DNA of 64,000 bases from Candidatus Eremiobacteria bacterium. GTDB lineage: Bacteria; Vulcanimicrobiota; Vulcanimicrobiia; Vulcanimicrobiales; Vulcanimicrobiaceae. Of the stretch, positions 61,072 through 64,000 are shown one piece after another. The stretch's first letter is position 1. The number at the start of each line of letters is the position of its first letter. The notes beneath the pieces are model-generated. The model saw only the letters and a program-made list of their open reading frames with translations. It had not been told where the DNA came from and did no database searches. The position numbers were made by a program, and so were the translations under genes. The stretch covers positions 1,952,001-2,016,000 of the forward strand of contig CAVTRC010000001.1 of NCBI GenBank assembly GCA_963737065.1. The letters run 5' to 3'.

Positions 61072-63530
61072 TGCGGCACGAAATGGCTAGTCGCCGCACC
61101 GTCGATGTACTGACGGCCCTTGTGCCGGTCGTGCTCGCGTCGATCGTTCTGCTACCGTTTGCGCTGCGCAGCGGCATTCCCGGGCTGCACCACGATTGGC
61201 TTTGGCCTGCCGACGGGAACGGCTTCTGGCTGCGCTTCGTGCAAAATCTTTCCACGTGGAACCCATTCGGATTCGGGGGCGACCTGGATGCGCCGAGCGT
61301 GAACTATCTCGGGGCATGTTGGTTGCTGCTCTCCGGCGCAGGTCTTTCGCCGCAATGGGTGCTCGGGATCTTTCTCGTCGTGATCTTCGCACTCGGTCAA
61401 TGGGGTGTCTTTGCAGCGCTCGCGACGTTTGGAATTTCATTGCGCCGGTTCGAACGCAGCGCGTTGAGTTTTAGCTATGCGTTTGGTCCCGTCTGTTTCC
61501 AAAAGTTCGCAGCCGGTCACATCTATGTCGTCGCTGCCTACGAACTGTTGCCATTTTTTGTCGCTTCGGTTTGGCGCGCATTCCGCGGTGAAAGGGGTTG
61601 GCTGCGCGACGCGGTGCTAGCTGGATTGATTCTCTCCGTCATGGAGACGCAGATTCAGTTCCTCGGTTTCGGATTGATCGTCGCGCTGGTTTGCGGGTTG
61701 GCGGCATCGCGAAACGCCGCGCGATCCGTTGTAAGCTTTGTCATTATCGCGTTCGTCCCGCTTCTCCACGTCATCACGTTGCTGATGAACTTGGGCGGAC
61801 ATGAGACGGCCGGACTCGTAAGCCTGCATGCGACGCGGCAATGGGAACTCGACATGAGCGGCCGGTTTAGAGATCTGCTTCAACTACGGGGTTACGTGGG
61901 ATACGATTTGCAGACGCTCGCGCAAGCGCTTAAGCCGCTCTACTTTACCGGGCGCTTCGTCCTCGTCGCTAGTGCGTTCGCGGGCCTCCTTGTCGCATTT
62001 TTGACCCCCCGATTTCGCGCGGTTGGCGTGGCGAGCGCGTGCGTCGGGCTTTTTGCGCTGCTCTGGGCCAACGGGTGGTACGGCCCGCTGACCGCGCCGT
62101 TCGACTATGCGCTGCACCACACGATTGCCTTTACGATCGTGCGAGAGCTGTACCACGTCATGGCGCTCTACAGTTTCGCCGTCATCGTTCTAGCAGCGGT
62201 CGCGGCATCAATATCCAACCCCGCATGTTCGCGCACAATCGCGGCTGTCAGTGTTTTTTCCACGCTGCCCTTCGTCACGCTTGGTGCGAACCGTCTCGTG
62301 CCCGCCGTTCCGTCTGCACTCGGTAACACCAGGCAGTGTGCCGAAAGCACGAACCTGTGTCTGGAGTTGCCGATGCAGCAGCCTGTGGGCTTGACGTCGC
62401 AACCGCAAAGTGCGGGCACCGATCCAGCGACTCTCATCCCTAACAGTGCGAACGCCTCGTCGCCGCCGTACGTCTATTTTGCGTTGAAACGCTATAGTGC
62501 CGGCGACGGCCGCGAACTTGCTGAGCTCGGCGTCAGCGATGTGAAATCGCGTAACGACGTCGTTTCGCGCCTGCCCGCAATTTTTGAGCCGAATGTCGGC
62601 GCAAGCTTCAACGGCTTTGTTGCACGGGAACGCGCCTTGCATACTCGTGCGGCGCGCGACAAGCTGCCGGAATCAACTCCGCCCGCGTATGTCGAGCGTG
62701 AAGATGCGTACAGTTCGCTCGACGCGATTGCCGACGCGAGGCTTCCGACCGGATCCCCTGCGCTCTTCACATCATCGTTTGAGAATAACGACGTCAGGAA
62801 GTCGTGGGTTCTCGGAACGTTGTGGGCATGGCAGTTCCCCGATCTCATGGGTGTATCGGCACCCGAGCCGATTGTCAGCGAGTCTCATGCTCCGCTCGCG
62901 ATTCATCGAACGCAAGGTCATGAGCGCTGGTTGTACGTTCTACTCTCCGGAACGACGCCGATGTTGGACGGACGTTCACCGCTGCGAACGAGCCGCTCTT
63001 CAAATGGGTATTATTGGTGCGTCTGGCCCGTTGCCCGGAGCACGCGGTCCTTTGCCCTGATTGTTGGCGGAGCGAGAAAGGGCGTGGCTCGGGCAATGTT
63101 TTCCGACGTTTCGAATTGGTCCAATACGGTGGTAACGTCGCGCGTAGAGCGAACGATCGCGGTACCAACCTCGTGGGTATCGCCTTGGCGCGCCGAAGGA
63201 ACGTTCCCCAGCGAACATGACGCAACTGCAATGCAGTTCGTGCTCGCGCGAGCGTATTCTGCCAACTGGCGCCTCTTCGTCAACGGTCGCGATCTCGGGC
63301 CGCCGTCGCGCGTCCACGCGTTTTTCAACGGGTGGAGCGTACCGAGCGCCGTGCATGGGAGCCGCTTCGAGGTCGAGCGAGTTCAACAGCCGGCGGCGAA
63401 TCTGTGGAATATCGTGGCTACCGCGCTCGCCGTCGTCCTCTTTGTCTGGGTTGCTATGCCGCTCCGCGTAAAAAGCGCTGCCCGGGAAGCCACAGACAAA
63501 GCACAGCAACAATCGATGCAAGCAATGTGA
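61071..63530 (+). CDS. Large multi-TM membrane protein, putative GT-C (AftD/YfhO-like architecture)
   Basis: TM1 followed by HHDW..P loop, about 11-12 TM helices, periplasmic domain, Y...W...NGW motif and terminal TM. Confidence 0.6.
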   Translation: MRHEMASRRTVDVLTALVPVVLASIVLLPFALRSGIPGLHHDWLWPADGNGFWLRFVQNLSTWNPFGFGGDLDAPSVNYLGACWLLLSGAGLSPQWVLGIFLVVIFALGQWGVFAALATFGISLRRFERSALSFSYAFGPVCFQKFAAGHIYVVAAYELLPFFVASVWRAFRGERGWLRDAVLAGLILSVMETQIQFLGFGLIVALVCGLAASRNAARSVVSFVIIAFVPLLHVITLLMNLGGHETAGLVSLHATRQWELDMSGRFRDLLQLRGYVGYDLQTLAQALKPLYFTGRFVLVASAFAGLLVAFLTPRFRAVGVASACVGLFALLWANGWYGPLTAPFDYALHHTIAFTIVRELYHVMALYSFAVIVLAAVAASISNPACSRTIAAVSVFSTLPFVTLGANRLVPAVPSALGNTRQCAESTNLCLELPMQQPVGLTSQPQSAGTDPATLIPNSANASSPPYVYFALKRYSAGDGRELAELGVSDVKSRNDVVSRLPAIFEPNVGASFNGFVARERALHTRAARDKLPESTPPAYVEREDAYSSLDAIADARLPTGSPALFTSSFENNDVRKSWVLGTLWAWQFPDLMGVSAPEPIVSESHAPLAIHRTQGHERWLYVLLSGTTPMLDGRSPLRTSRSSNGYYWCVWPVARSTRSFALIVGGARKGVARAMFSDVSNWSNTVVTSRVERTIAVPTSWVSPWRAEGTFPSEHDATAMQFVLARAYSANWRLFVNGRDLGPPSRVHAFFNGWSVPSAVHGSRFEVERVQQPAANLWNIVATALAVVLFVWVAMPLRVKSAAREATDKAQQQSMQAM

Positions 63531-64000
63531 TCGTAAATCCCGCGCGCACGGCCTGAGGAAGCCGGTGATAAATCCGGTACCGTCCCGGTGCTACGCTAAC
63601 GTAACACGTGCAGACCAGGTCGCATCGATTCCCGAACACCGTCCCGGAAGACCCGGCAAGTGCCCAGTTCCCGTCATCCAAGTGCGCTAGTTTCAGGTCG
63701 GTGCGTGCGGGCACGGAGACGTCGTAACGAATTGCCGCCGTTTGCTTCAAGGAGATTGCAGTTGACTGCGGAGGCGAGAAGCGCCACGGCACGAACGCAA
63801 CGAACGCGCTTTCCGCGGGCATTCGCGTGAACGTAATGGTGTGCGCGCCGCTCGATCGCATCTCGATTCGCGCACTTCCCGCGATGCGCCGGCCATCGAT
63901 CGAAATCGGAGCAGTCGACATGTACCGGTCGCGGCGAGAGAGGAGGTAAAGGCGATACGATCCCCTCGGCAGAGACAGCTTCCGTTCACCGTCGAACGAT
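63454..64000 (-). CDS. 3' part of a membrane-anchored protein (partial; continues beyond the window)
   Basis: Frame has no stop up to the window edge; beta-rich domain followed by a terminal TM helix. Confidence 0.6.
   Translation of the reverse strand, partial: SFDGERKLSLPRGSYRLYLLSRRDRYMSTAPISIDGRRIAGSARIEMRSSGAHTITFTRMPAESAFVAFVPWRFSPPQSTAISLKQTAAIRYDVSVPARTDLKLAHLDDGNWALAGSSGTVFGNRCDLVCTCYVSVAPGRYRIYHRLPQAVRAGFTITLLASIVAVLCLWLPGQRFLRGAA

Overview
High-GC bacterial chromosomal segment, densely coding, with no tRNA, rRNA, CRISPR array, integrase or transposase recognised. It combines diderm envelope genes (TonB-dependent receptor, LptD-like barrel, O-antigen-ligase-like and GT9 proteins) with Firmicutes-like gene order (mfd-prsA-mazG-S4; whiA-gap-pgk-tpiA-gpmI), which suggests a Terrabacteria diderm such as Ca. 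Eremiobacterota (inference). In order: (1) leuB; (2) a putative peptide/D-amino-acid uptake and hydrolysis cluster; (3) a signalling locus with a PP2C-HATPase protein divergent from a 2091-aa poly-HAMP hybrid kinase, followed by a CheR homologue with altered catalytic motifs and preceded by a SigB-type promoter; (4) a flagellar mini-cluster (flgF, flgG, tiny FlgJ-like ORF, fliA) interrupted by a Dyp/stress-gene islet; (5) a frameshift-riddled tract at about 27.5-34.2 kb (PMT, TBDR remnant, punA, gpmI, tpiA, pgk), probably mostly sequencing error; (6) housekeeping genes; (7) envelope glycosylation and polysaccharide genes. Smaller notable signals are probable ATA/ATT start codons overlapping upstream stop codons (kal, murJ), a repeat-derived in-frame insert in LeuB, leaderless-type promoters, and a Cys/His microprotein. 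All product calls are from motif recognition by eye; no database searches were run.
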